Source: Ministeria vibrans ATCC 50519
Taxonomy: Eukaryota; Protista; Filasterea
Direction: 5' to 3'
Length of the DNA stretch: 53,537 bases
NCBI GenBank assembly: GCA_943704425.1
Contig: CALSCP010001307.1
Location: forward strand, 1 to 53,537
Shown here: piece after piece, positions 42,367 to 53,537 of the stretch
Layout of the letters: every line of letters begins with the position of its first letter
How positions within the stretch are numbered: position 1 is the stretch's first letter
The notes under the pieces: model-generated
What the model was told of the DNA's origin: nothing
Database searches by the model: none
The model's input: the letters and a program-made list of their open reading frames with translations, nothing else
Position numbers and translations under genes: made by a program

Positions 42367-45300
42367 ATGGCCTGCCCTCCTTCGTCGCTGCCGATAGCGC
42401 AGATGCGTCGAGAGATCGTCGACTGGGTGCGATCGTCGCGTGTCTGTGTTGTGCTGGGCGCGACGGGCAGCGGCAAGACGACGCAACTGCCGCAGTACCT
42501 CATTGACGACAACGACATGCTTCCTGCCCATGGCTGCGTTGCGGTGTCGCAGCCAAGACGAATGGCCGCCATCTCCGTCGCAACACGCGTCGCAAATGAG
42601 CGCCAGTCACCGGTAGCACACGAAAACAGTCTCTCTCTCTCTCAAACTCAAACTCAAACTCTCTCTCTCACTCACTCACTCTCTCAATCGTTGCCAATCA
42701 TTTTCCTGCCAAGCTCGGCGATGAAGTCGGCTATGCGGTTCGCTGGAACGTCGAGTGCTCGTCCAAGACCCGCATCAAGTACATGACGGACGGCGTAAGT
42801 TATTGTCTCGACTCGTTTGAATTTTCCATTTTTCATGTTGAATAATTTCCATTGCAAATTAAAAGGTTTTGCTGCGCGAGTTTATGAGCGACCGCAACCT
42901 CTCGCGCTATGCGGCCGTTATTCTTGACGAAGCACACGAACGATCGATGCAGACGGACATCCTCTTTGGTCTGATGCGGACCTACATTGCCAAACACGGC
43001 GAAAAGGCACCACGACTGATCATCATGTCAGCAACACTGAACAGTGCACAAGTATGACGCCGTCAAACCCCTTGCACGCGTTCTCACTTCCATGCCTTTT
43101 CTCTCCCTCTCTCTCTCTCTCTCTCTCTTATAGGTGGCAGACTTTTTCCAATGCCCCGTCTTCACCATTCCAGGACGCACTTTCCCCGTCACAGTCACAT
43201 ACCACTCACTCATCGACCTGTCCAGTCAACAGGACGCACTCAGCTGCAATCACGTCACGCACGCCTGCAATCTTGCTCTTGATCTTCACACAGATCGCCC
43301 ACCCGGTGACATTCTCATCTTTCTCACTGGCGCAGGTGAGATTGAACGCGCCTGTGACCTTCTTTTCCGTCGCTCAGAGGTCAGTACTCTCAAATGTTAC
43401 ACTTTCCCTTACATGCAATGTGCAACACACAATAGGAACTTGACTATCGGTACGACGTGCGCTCGTCCTCCGTCTCCGGTCTCATGATCCTGCCCCTCTA
43501 CGGTGCCATGTCGTCGGACCAGCAACAGCGCGTCTTTGACCCCGCCCCCTTTCTCCACTCTCCCTCGTCCTCTGTTCGCCGTGTCATTGTCAGTACTAAT
43601 ATTGCCGCTACGAGCGTCACTGTAGACGGCATTGTCTATGTCATTGACTCGGGCATGGTCAAACTCAAAGTGTACAATCCCAAGACGGGTTTGGAGGCTC
43701 TTCAAGTACCTAATCCCTAACCCAAGCCCAAACCCTAACCCTCAGACTTGGTTTTGTTCAGGTCGACAGAGTGTCCCAGTCCGAAGCAGAGCAGCGCATG
43801 GGTCGCGCTGGGCGCACTCGTGCGGGTGAATGCCACAGACTCTATGCTCAAGAACATTTTGACCGTTTCCCAAAGGACTCCGTCCCCGAAATTATGGTAC
43901 TCACACTCACATAACCAATCATATTAATGAAATCAATATTAATTTTATTAATTATTAATTAATATTGCTTTTATCTTTTCTTTTAGCGAACGAGTCTCAC
44001 CAGTGTAGTTCTCACACTAAAAAGTGCGCGCATTTCCAATGTGCTGCGGTTCCCGTACCTCTCTCCCCCCTCACCCGCACTCCTCAGAGACGCACTTCGT
44101 CAGCTGTTTCTCGCAGACGCGCTCACTCGCGACGGCGCACTGACTGATCTTGGTACACACTGCAATTTTCCAACACTTAACTTACACCATCAACTCTCCC
44201 TATCACTTTATATATATATACTTTTTTTTCGTTCTTTCCTTTCTTTTTGTCTCTATTGCATTTGTGTTTAGGAAACCAAATGGCGCACTTTCCTCTTGAA
44301 CCTGCAATGTCTCGCTCGCTCTTACGCGCTTGTCAACTTAAATGTGGTCCAATTGCAGTCAAGGTAACAACACTCTCTGCACTCCCTTACTCACTCACAC
44401 ATATTCACTTACTCACTCAAACTTCACTTAGCTCGCGTCACTTTTGTCAGTGGAGAGCATTATGGTGGGCGGAACGGAGCGCGGACGACAGGAACGCCAA
44501 TCACAGTCACAGTCCAAGGACGCACCGCCTCAGCCAAAGAAGGCCCATTTGCTGGACCATTGTGCCGATGATTACGCTGCACTTCTCTTTGCCTATGCCA
44601 ATTACTGTGCTATCGAGTCGGTGCGCGATCGCAAAATGTTTTGTCGCGAAAATGGCTTTCACTATAGAGCGCTTTCTGCCGCGCAAAGTGTTGAGCGTCA
44701 GCTGAACGAGTTGTTGGGCAAACTCAAAGTTGAAATGCCCCTCTCAAAGATTTACCCTGACGAAATGAGCACACGAAGAGTACGCGACACCCTTGTTTCC
44801 AAGCACCCACTCAGTCTATTGTTCTGTTTTTTAGCCACTGAGTGAGGAGCAACTGAATCCGTTGCGCGAAGCAATGTGTGAGGGACACTTTCACTTAGTT
44901 GCGCGTCGCTCAGCCGGCACTCGATCGTTCCACACAATGGACGGCCATGCGACTGTCATGCATGTGCATCCTGGCTCGCAGTTGAGCGGGAAGGAAGATG
45001 CTCTCCATTGGGTGGTGTTTCACGAAGCAGTACGATTTTTCCCTAGATTGCGTCACAATACAGTATTGACTTTGTCTAGGTTGTGACTGTGAGGCCACTG
45101 ATGCGCATTGTGGCGCCCGTTCAATATGCCTGGGTGAAAGATTTGCTTCCTCGTCTCCACCAAGTCGACATGAAGCGACTCACCAGTGGCGACGATGATG
45201 ATGTACTGGCCATCAATTCTAGATGAATCTTCTTCTTACTTTGCGGTGTGGTGGTATCTATTTTGTAGTTGTTCGATGCTGCGTCAACCTCACCCGAGCC

Positions 45301-45505
45301 GTCGGCATCAACTTCAAGCTCAAGTGCCCTTGAGGCAGCTCGACTCGAGTCCGTGCGCGCCTTGGACAAACTTCAGCGCGTCACAGACGCAGCAAAAGTC
45401 CACCGAAACGACTCGACGGACATTTCCGAGGCAAAACAACGCTTCCTCAAACGCAAAGCCGAAGCGGCCGCTGCGCGAGGACAGCAGAAGCGCACAAAAA
45501 AATGA
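42367..45505 (+). CDS. DHX40: DEAH-box RNA helicase, DHX40-like; multi-exon
   Basis: [15 protein letters not shown]; QPRRMAA; ILDEAHER; MSAT; PGRTFPV; [10 protein letters not shown]; QRMGRAGR; HA2 FPLEP; C-terminal [18 protein letters not shown], typical of DHX40. Confidence 0.85.
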
Positions 45506-45558
45506 AAATATCGATGTATAGAATGAATCGTGCGTGTATAAAATGAACTGTGCGTGTG

Positions 45559-45883
45559 CTACACGTTTGGCACAAAGTGGAACTCGGTCGAGCTCACTCG
45601 GTAGTCTGGCAGTTGGCGCAGTCGTTGCCAAATCTCATGTTTTGGTGCAAACCGAATTGTCTGGGGTCAAAAAACAAAAAAATAAATTATAATAATAAAT
45701 ACACTTCCCCACTCACATCAATTGTTTGCATACCTTTTCGCACAATTTTAGAGACACCATTGCACGAAAGTGAATCAAGCTCCATAGTTCATACACTCTC
45801 TTCAAAAAAGGTCGCCTGCAGAAATTAATATAAATTTATTACAATAATAATTATAATAAGAACAATAATAATAAAGAACTCAA

Positions 45884-45932
<49 letters not shown>

Positions 45933-47487
45933 CATAATAATTATATTTTCTATCATTATTATTATTATACTTTGCTCTCGTGACGACTTCTTCTACACTC
46001 GCACTGCTGCTTCCGTTCCACAGAGCATCCACCACAATAAGTTCTTCACGCGTATCGTCTGTCTCTGTTGTCTCGTCTTCAATCTGATACGCCAAATACA
46101 GCGCTGGAAAGAAAAAACGTGCAATTTCGGCGCGAGTTTTCACATTTTTCCGCAAAAGATACACAAACGCCATGGCAAAGGTGTACTAGAACTGAAAAAT
46201 AAATCCTCTAGATAGCACCTCTAGGTTTTGGTCATACCTTGTCAGTGTGTGAGTCGTGCTCGAGCCACGCTTGCACAATGGGATCGTCAAGCGCCGCAAG
46301 ATAGCGACCCATTGACCGCCCACGCTCCTGCCCTGAAAAAACGACGTAAAAATATAATTTTCTTGCTTCAACGCATCATACACTCCGGTGTGCTCTTGCG
46401 AGGAGCAGTCACGCTCTTGGCAGCTTTCCAGATGTACGAGAATAGATGGAGGGGAAAGTGAGTGGGAATGGTACTGATTGACGGAAAGAAGCGAAACTCG
46501 CGCGCTGCACTATTCACTGCCAATGTGTCGTGAACGGCTCTGGAAAAGACAGGAGAGCGAGGCGCGCAAGAACTGCCACTGTTGCTATCAGAACTGTGGT
46601 TGTTGTGGTTGTGGTTGCTGCTGGATTGGAGGATATTACTGCAGGCACGTACCCCGCTCACAGCAACAAAACGTTCCGGAGTCCGAAGAGGTGTCTAAAA
46701 CAATCATGATTGATTACTATATTAATTATTTTCTTTTCTTCTTTTCTTATTATGGGTTTAAAAATCACCTTAAAATTCTTGTCATTGGATTGAGCTGTTG
46801 GTGGTGCATCATAAAACAGTTCGGGTGACTCGACCATGGGTTGCTGTATAAAACAAAGAAAACAAAAACAAACAATAAAAAATGTTGCATTCAATTTCTC
46901 CCGCCAAAATATACAAAACAAGTCATTGTCTCACCTCAATGTCGGGAACTGTTTCGGAAATGTCCAATTGCTCCTGTTCTGTGCCGTGCTTGTGTGTGCT
47001 TTTTGTGAGTGCATCGCCGATGTCGTTGAGCTGGTCAGTGGCATCCTTTGAGAAACACAACGGAAAAAACAATCATAACGGTTTTATATTATTCGTTTTA
47101 TATACGTTCAGTTTTCGTTCTCACTCACTCACTCTCTCTCCCTCCCTCTTCTTTTACTCGCTCGTGTAATACCTTTGACCGTGCTCGCTTGGTACTGTGC
47201 TGAAGAAGAGCGTCGGAAGCTGGACGTTTTTTGGTGGTTTCTTTTTCGACTGTTTCACGTTTCGCTTCGCTCGAAAAGTGTCGCTTTGTCGGCACACGAC
47301 GACGATACGCGTGGTCGTCTTCGCCGACACTGTCTGTGTCGCTTCCACTGCTGTCGCTTGCAGCAATGAGAACAACGTTGCCCACCAGCTGTCGCCGAGG
47401 CGGAGTCGTTGGAACGTGCTGCTGCGCCTGTTCGCCACTCTCCTTCTTCTGCTTGCGCCTGTCCTGTGTATTTCTCGCAGTCTTCAT
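45559..47487 (-). CDS. Speedy/RINGO (Spy1) atypical CDK activator; multi-exon (start uncertain)
   Basis: Spliced: LDDPIVQAWLEHD..TDK|YTFAMAFVYL...FFFPALYLAYQIEDE...FLKRVYELWSLIHFRAMVSLKLCEK|TIRFAPKHEIWQRLR covers the whole Speedy box. Confidence 0.85.
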
Positions 47488-47988
47488 TTCTGACTGTATA
47501 TAAGTGTGTGTGTGTGTGTGTGTGTGTGTTTAAAAAGTGGCTGTATTGCGAACAAGGGGGTAACTTGAGAAAAAAGTGTTGTGTGTGAATAACATTGAAA
47601 TTCTTATTCATATTTGGTCTCTCTTTCTTTGGTATAAATCTTTGACTGGTAGGATGATACTGCAATTGAAAAATCATCATGGGTGTCAAGTGACCACAAG
47701 TAGACACTAATAGCTACTGTACAATAATAAGAAAGAGTCTAAGAAACGAAAGCGTGAACTATGAATGTCGCAAAGACTCACGTCTTATTCATTAAAATGA
47801 TTAACTAACTTACTGGCTGAATGACTCTTGCAAGGCTACAATAGACGATAGTGACCAGTGATCATACACATAACACATTAGAATATCCGGCGCTGCTGGT
47901 AACAACATTACAATATCCATTCATCGCAGACAAGTCACAAGTCACAAGTCACAAGATCATTCACATCACACACTTTCTTTACTTTCAA

Positions 47989-50900
47989 ATGCCTGAGGGA
48001 GACGAACGTCTTCTTTTGGGAGACCGTAGACGCTCGGGAGGAGCCAGCTGGTCGGCAATCTGCGGACGAGCTGTGCAGCGACACAGCCGAGCGCTCATTG
48101 TCGCGGCTGTCGTGGTTGTCATAGTCGTCGCCACTACTGCGGGCGTTCTCGCCTCCAAATCGAGCTCGTCGTCGTCGTCGCAGCCCTGGACCAACTCCAG
48201 ACTATCGGGTGATGTGTGGCCTCAGGCGTACACGCTCTCGATGAGTCCCGACGTTCTGTAAGTTGAGACAACGCAAAAAGAAAGAAAAAAACGCGTGTTT
48301 TTTGTGTGGTGACAATCTCTTACTCTCACGCGACAGGAACTCAACGTTCACCGGACACGTCGCCATTAACGCCACCTTTGTTGTGCCCACGACGTCAATC
48401 GTTTTGCAGTCGCTGGGCCTCGATATCGGCGCTGTGCGGGTCAGTCACAGCGGTCAAGATGTGCAAGTCGACAGCGTGTTTCTCTACCCTGAGGTAACAG
48501 CGGGAAAGACGCCCACGCCACTCCCACTCCCGCTTTCGAGCCCCCTCTCTGTGCCTCCAAGACTGTGCTGACTCTCTTCTTGCCTTCAGAACGAGTTTCT
48601 GGTCATCCAACTGCACCAGACACAGCCCAGTGGGGTGGACTATGTGATCGACATTGACTTTGCTGGCTCGCTCGATCAGCCCACTCTTGCCGGATTCTAC
48701 CGCAGCAGCTACGTGAACAGCACCGGCGACACCGTTTACCTGGCCACCACGCAGTTCGAGCCGACGGATGCACGTCGTGCCTTCCCTTGCTTTGACGAGC
48801 CCAGCTTCAAGGCGCAGTTCTTCATCTCGCTCACCGTCGCTGACAACCAAGACTACGTTGTGCTGAGCAACATGCCCACCAAGGGCGCCGTCGAACCTCT
48901 GCCCAACTCCCTTGAACGCTGGACCTTTGAAGGCACTCCCCTCATGTCAACCTACCTCGTCGCCTTCATCGTATGTGACTTTGGCAGCATTGAAACAGTC
49001 AGCTCAACCGGCATTCAAGTGCGCGTGTGGGCCCCCAAAGACATTGTTCAAGTCCAGGGCGCCCTTGCCCTCAACTCGTCTGCCGAAATCCTGTCTTTCT
49101 ACGAGGCATTCTTCGATCAGCCTTTCGTTCTCCCTAAAATGGACCTTATTGCCATTCCGGATTTTGCTGCGGGTGCAATGGAAAACTGGGGTCTTGTCAC
49201 CGTAAGAAGAAGAGGAGGAGGAGAAGAAGAAAGACTTTTCCAAACTTTTCTCGTTGTGTAGTATCGTGAAACAGCCGTTCTGTGGGACCCGAGCGAAGGC
49301 TCAAGTGCAGCCAAACAGCGCGTGGTCGTTGTCATTGCACACGAACTGGCCCACCAGTGGTTTGGTAACCTTGTGACTATGAAATGGTATTGCTAATAAT
49401 AATTGTTATACTATAGTTCATTAATCACTTCCACAAACGCTTCTTTTTTTAGGTGGAATGAACTGTGGCTCAACGAAGGATTTGCTTCGTTTACCGAGTA
49501 CATTGGCACTGAGTCGGTCTTTCCGTCGTGGGAAATGCAACAGCAATTTCTTCTCGATGACTATGGTCCCGCTCTGTCCACCGACTCACTGAATACGTCT
49601 CATCCAATCAATATGACTGTCTCAACACCAAACGATATTAATGGACTCTTTGACAGTATCACCTACGAAAAGTACGAAAACAGAGAGACAGAGAGGAGAT
49701 TGAAACAAAGTGATGAGAGAGAGTATTAAACAAAATGATAGCGAGAGAAGATTGAAGATTAAACAAAGTGATAGAGAGAGAAAATTGAACAAAATAATAG
49801 AGCGAGAATATTAAACAAAATAAGAGAGAGAAAAAATATATTAATTAATAATAATTTTTTTTATTATTATTATTATTTTTGATGCAGAGGAGCCGCTATG
49901 ATTCGAATGCTCGAGGGAATTATTGGAAAAGCAGTGTTCCTCACTGGCATTCGCGCGTACATTAAAGAGTACGCCTACAGCAATGCGCAGACAACGCAGC
50001 TGTGGGCGAGTCTGCAGAAGGCCGCTGATGATGCGGGGGTGAACGTGAACATTGCGGAGACGATGAACTCGTGGATCACACGCGCGGGCTACCCAGTGTA
50101 AGTGATCACTCTTTCCCAACCAAATTCATCTTAGCGTCTTGTGTTGTTGATAGACTCACTGTGACGGGCGGTGCTGATGGTGAAGTGACTCAAGAGCGTT
50201 TCTTGTTGCCTGCGAGTGCAGTGAATCCTGACGAAGGGCTTTTGTGGGACGTCTACTTCACGTATGAGACGCAACGGGGCGCACCGGGCTCGTTTCAGCT
50301 CACCGACGCACAGTCGACTGTCCCTTTTGCGGACTATGATGTAGCGCGTGACGGATGGATCAAGGGCAACGTCAACGAGGCGTCCTTCTACCGCACCAAC
50401 TACGCTGATGTGGGCGTTTGGCAACTGCTTGCAGACCAACTCCTTATGAACATGTCCGTTTTCACTGTTGCAGATCGCACAGGGATTGTCTCGGATGTGT
50501 TTGCGCTCGGCCGTGCCGGTGACACGGACATGCTTGCTGCGCTTAATGTGTCACGCTACCTCATCAACGAAGTCGAGTATGTCCCGTACATCACTGCAAT
50601 TTCAGGGTAAGAGTAGGATGTTTTTTTTTTTCATCTGACCCGTTGATTCACGCATTTTCTTATGTTTTACTTTTGTTTCGTTCCCTTTATTTAGACTGTC
50701 GTACACTGAGTTGATGCTGCGCGTCACTCCTTCCTTTGGCTTGTTCAGTTCGTTTATGAAGAAGGTGTTGACACCCCTGACTGACTCGCTTGGTTTTGGC
50801 TCGGGCGATTCTCTGTCGCATACGCAGCGACTGTTGCGTGCCGATGTGGCTAGCGTGGCGTCGAGCTTTGGTGTACCTTCGGCTGTCGGCAACTGCTCGG

Positions 50901-51460
50901 CGCTCTTTGCTGCCTTTATGGCAGACCCTCAAGCGAATCCAGTCACCCCCGACTTGCGTGCAGCTGTGTACTCGACGGGAGTGCGCCAGGGCGGCGAGGC
51001 AGCATGGGACTTTATCTGGTCGGTGTACGAAACGACACAGGTGGCGTCGGAGCAGATTGTTGCTCTGCATGCGCTTGGGCAGGCCGTTGAGCCTTGGCTG
51101 CTCAACCGCTATCTGTATCGTTCCATTGACGGTTCAATTCGCTCGCAGGACCGTCGCACTGTGATTGACTCGGTGGCCGGCACGGCCATTGGCGAGCCGC
51201 TTGCCTGGCAATTTGTCAAGACCAACTGGGACCTGCTGGTGGAGCAGAGTGGCTTTGCCATGGCAGGTGTGGTGGGTCGTGTCACTAAAGGATTCAACAC
51301 ACTCAGCCAGCAGCAGGAGGTCTCGGGCTTCTTCACAGGTCGCAATCTGGGCAGTATGGCCTCATCCATTGCGAGTGCTGTCGAGACCATTGGTGCCAAC
51401 ATTGTGTGGATGAAGGAAAACGAGGCAAAAATTGACGCCTGGCTCACAGTGAACCAATAA
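47989..51460 (+). CDS. M1 family aminopeptidase N-like type II membrane zinc peptidase; multi-exon
   Basis: N-terminal TM; GFYRSSY; [20 protein letters not shown]; [15 protein letters not shown]|YRE; [16 protein letters not shown]; LWLNEGFA; FDSITYEK|G; ERAP1-like C-terminal domain. Confidence 0.95.
49700..49832. repeat. Imperfect ~25-30-bp minisatellite (AAACAAA[G/A]TGATAGAGAGA core), ~5 copies, intronic
   Basis: Directly visible in an aminopeptidase intron. Confidence 0.8.
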
Positions 51461-51645
51461 ATATTTTTTTAAACATTTCTATTATTCCCTGAAAATTACA
51501 CAACAAGTGTGTTGACACACACAAGAGAGCGAGCCAACGATGCTTATAAATATTGAAGAACAAAACGAGTGTGTTCATTCGCGACACACACACACGCACA
51601 AGAGACAGAGACAGAGAGAGAGAGAGACCGCACACGCAACAGCGC

Positions 51646-53510
51646 TTAGAAGGAGAGCTTCTCAACATTAGGATCAACGACGGCGGAGATAGAGTCCTCG
51701 ACAATGCCGGTAATGATCTCCTCGATCATGTCAGGGAGACTGATAAAATCGGTAAGAGCATCGGGGACCATGCTCTGAACGGGCTCGGCGAGCGACTGGC
51801 AGCGAGGGATAACCTCTTCCTCAAAGGGCGGCATAACGAGCGTGCCAATAATGTCCTTGAAGTACAGGCCCGTCGCCAGCTTGCAGTCGTGCTTCATCTT
51901 CTCCAGTGTCTCATCACGCGCGCGCTTCACGTCCGACGCGAGGTCACCCGTGTTCTCCGCAGAGGCACTGTACACAAAAAGATAGAGAGAAAGAGGAGGA
52001 AGAAAGAAACAAAAAGAAAATGGAGCAAAAGAAGGGAGAAAGAAAATACAAGTTGGAGAGTTACGACGCGAGAGAGAGAAAGAAAAAAGAACTATATAGA
52101 GGCGTACCGGTCGACGGCCTGCTCAAACGTGTAGAAGGCGTTTGAGAGGACAGTGCGGCACTGGTCGTGTGCCTTCCAAATGAGCGACCAGGGGTGGATG
52201 TCGCTGAAGAACTCGCGCAAGAGCCAGAGAGGATCGTACATGACGTCGATTTCCTTGAAGGCAGCACGGAGCTCCCACCAGCTGCGGGCGGAGCGGCCCA
52301 GGTCCTTGAACAGCTCGGCGTTGTCGCCGCCGCCCGGAACCATCTTGGAGATGAACTCGTCGACCTTCTCCTCGTACACCTTGAGTGAGAGAGAGAAAGG
52401 AGAGAGAAGTGGGTTGACATGCTTGCACGATGGTTTGTTGTTGTTACCTTGATGAGCTCGCCAAAGCCCTTGATCATGGGCGACGTGAGCACTTCGATAA
52501 TCTTAGAGAAGCGCGGAGCGACCTTCTCCTCGAGCACGGGAGTGATGACACCCATGACGCCGTCCTTGAGCTTGTCGGAGATCTTGCCTTGCGCCTCAAA
52601 GAGCGGGTCAAGCAGGTCGGCCATCTTCTCCTCGACAGACGGACGCAGCTTGTCGACAGTGCCCTTCATGGCACGCCACGCAGGTCCCACCGCGCCGCCG
52701 ACCATAGTGTCGATGGCCTTGAGGACCTTGTCGCGGATGGTGCGGCGCACACGCCAGCCACCGACAATCTTGCTGTAGATCTTGTACATGATCTGGTAGT
52801 CAATCTCTGTGGTGATGAGATCCGTAATGATCTGCTGCTCAGAGCCACCATAGCTCCACCAGCCCCAGCGTCCGAGCTCCCAGCGTGTCTTGCGGATGGC
52901 CACGCGGAACGCACGCTCGTGCACGCGCTCACGGTCGTTGAGTCCGTAGCAGCGACGGCAGCACATCTTGAACATCTTGACCCACTCCTCCTTCTCCTCA
53001 GCGTCCTTGGCCGTAATGTAGTAGCAGCGTCGTCGCGAGTGTTGCACCTCAAATGTGTGGTCGGGGTACTTCTTGGGCGCAGGAAGGCCGTCCACCTCCA
53101 TGTCTGAAGAAGAAAAGAGACGAAATAAGTCAAAAATTCCTTTTTCCTCTGCTGAATTTGAGTTTGGGATACCCATTGACTTTGCGATGCTCTTGAGACG
53201 CTCCATCATGGTGTTCTCGAGGTCATCGTTGACGGTGTATCCACAAGGCGAGATGGTTCCCTTGGGCGTCGCCTGGTTGTTGTATGCCTGAAAGCACAGA
53301 AACCATAGTTATAGTGCGTCGCTCTCTCAACAGAGAGACAGAGAGACAGAGAGAGAGAGTGTGTGTAGTGTGTGTGTGTGTGTTACCTCTTCGTTCTCGT
53401 AGTAGTCAATGGTGTAGTCGTACTTGACCACGAAGAACCGAGTCTTCCAGCTCTTGCGAACACCTCCCTCCTTGACCAGCGTGCCTGTCTTGAGAACCTC
53501 CTTGGACTCC
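51646..53510 (-). CDS. PH-domain plus helical-bundle protein, Niban/FAM129-like; 5'-partial
   Basis: LKTGTLVKEGGVRKSWKTRFFVV...YYENEE|AY....PKGTISPCGY...FEVQHSRRRCYYI.A....EKEEW (PH), then AFRVAIRKTRW...W.YGGSEQQIITDLI and a long helical region. Confidence 0.7.
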
Positions 53511-53537
53511 TGTTGACAAGAGAAATGGCAAAAAAAA

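Overview
Gene-dense eukaryotic genomic DNA, probably from a protist. The actin-fragmin kinase, the kinase-cyclase-kinase receptor and the Niban-like PH protein hint at Amoebozoa or a relative, but this is inference only. It holds about 20 intron-containing genes (GT-AG introns, standard code), often in tight head-to-head pairs, and many introns are filled with (GA)n/(CT)n/(CA)n/(ATT)n microsatellites or TTAGGG-like repeats. There are three N gaps. In order the genes are: ERD1/EXS protein (partial), degenerate GH3/NagZ-like protein, a small orphan, actin-fragmin kinase, CENP-Q-like, RFC2, long-chain acyl-CoA dehydrogenase, vanin/pantetheinase, WDR20/CreC, COX18, a large EF-hand/coiled-coil/TM protein with 363-bp internal repeats, RAB3GAP2, TM-kinase/degenerate cyclase/pseudokinase, MCPH1-like BRCT protein with an N-terminal C2HC finger, UEV1/MMS2, a GAIN-less adhesion/secretin-type GPCR, DHX40, Speedy/RINGO, aminopeptidase N, and a Niban/FAM129-like PH protein (partial). 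The most striking items are a KASH5/LRMP-like candidate dynein adaptor of the nuclear envelope and a clear Speedy/RINGO homologue, both usually described from animals (meiotic telomere-LINC machinery). Gene models were spliced by eye and family assignments come from remembered motifs, not database searches.
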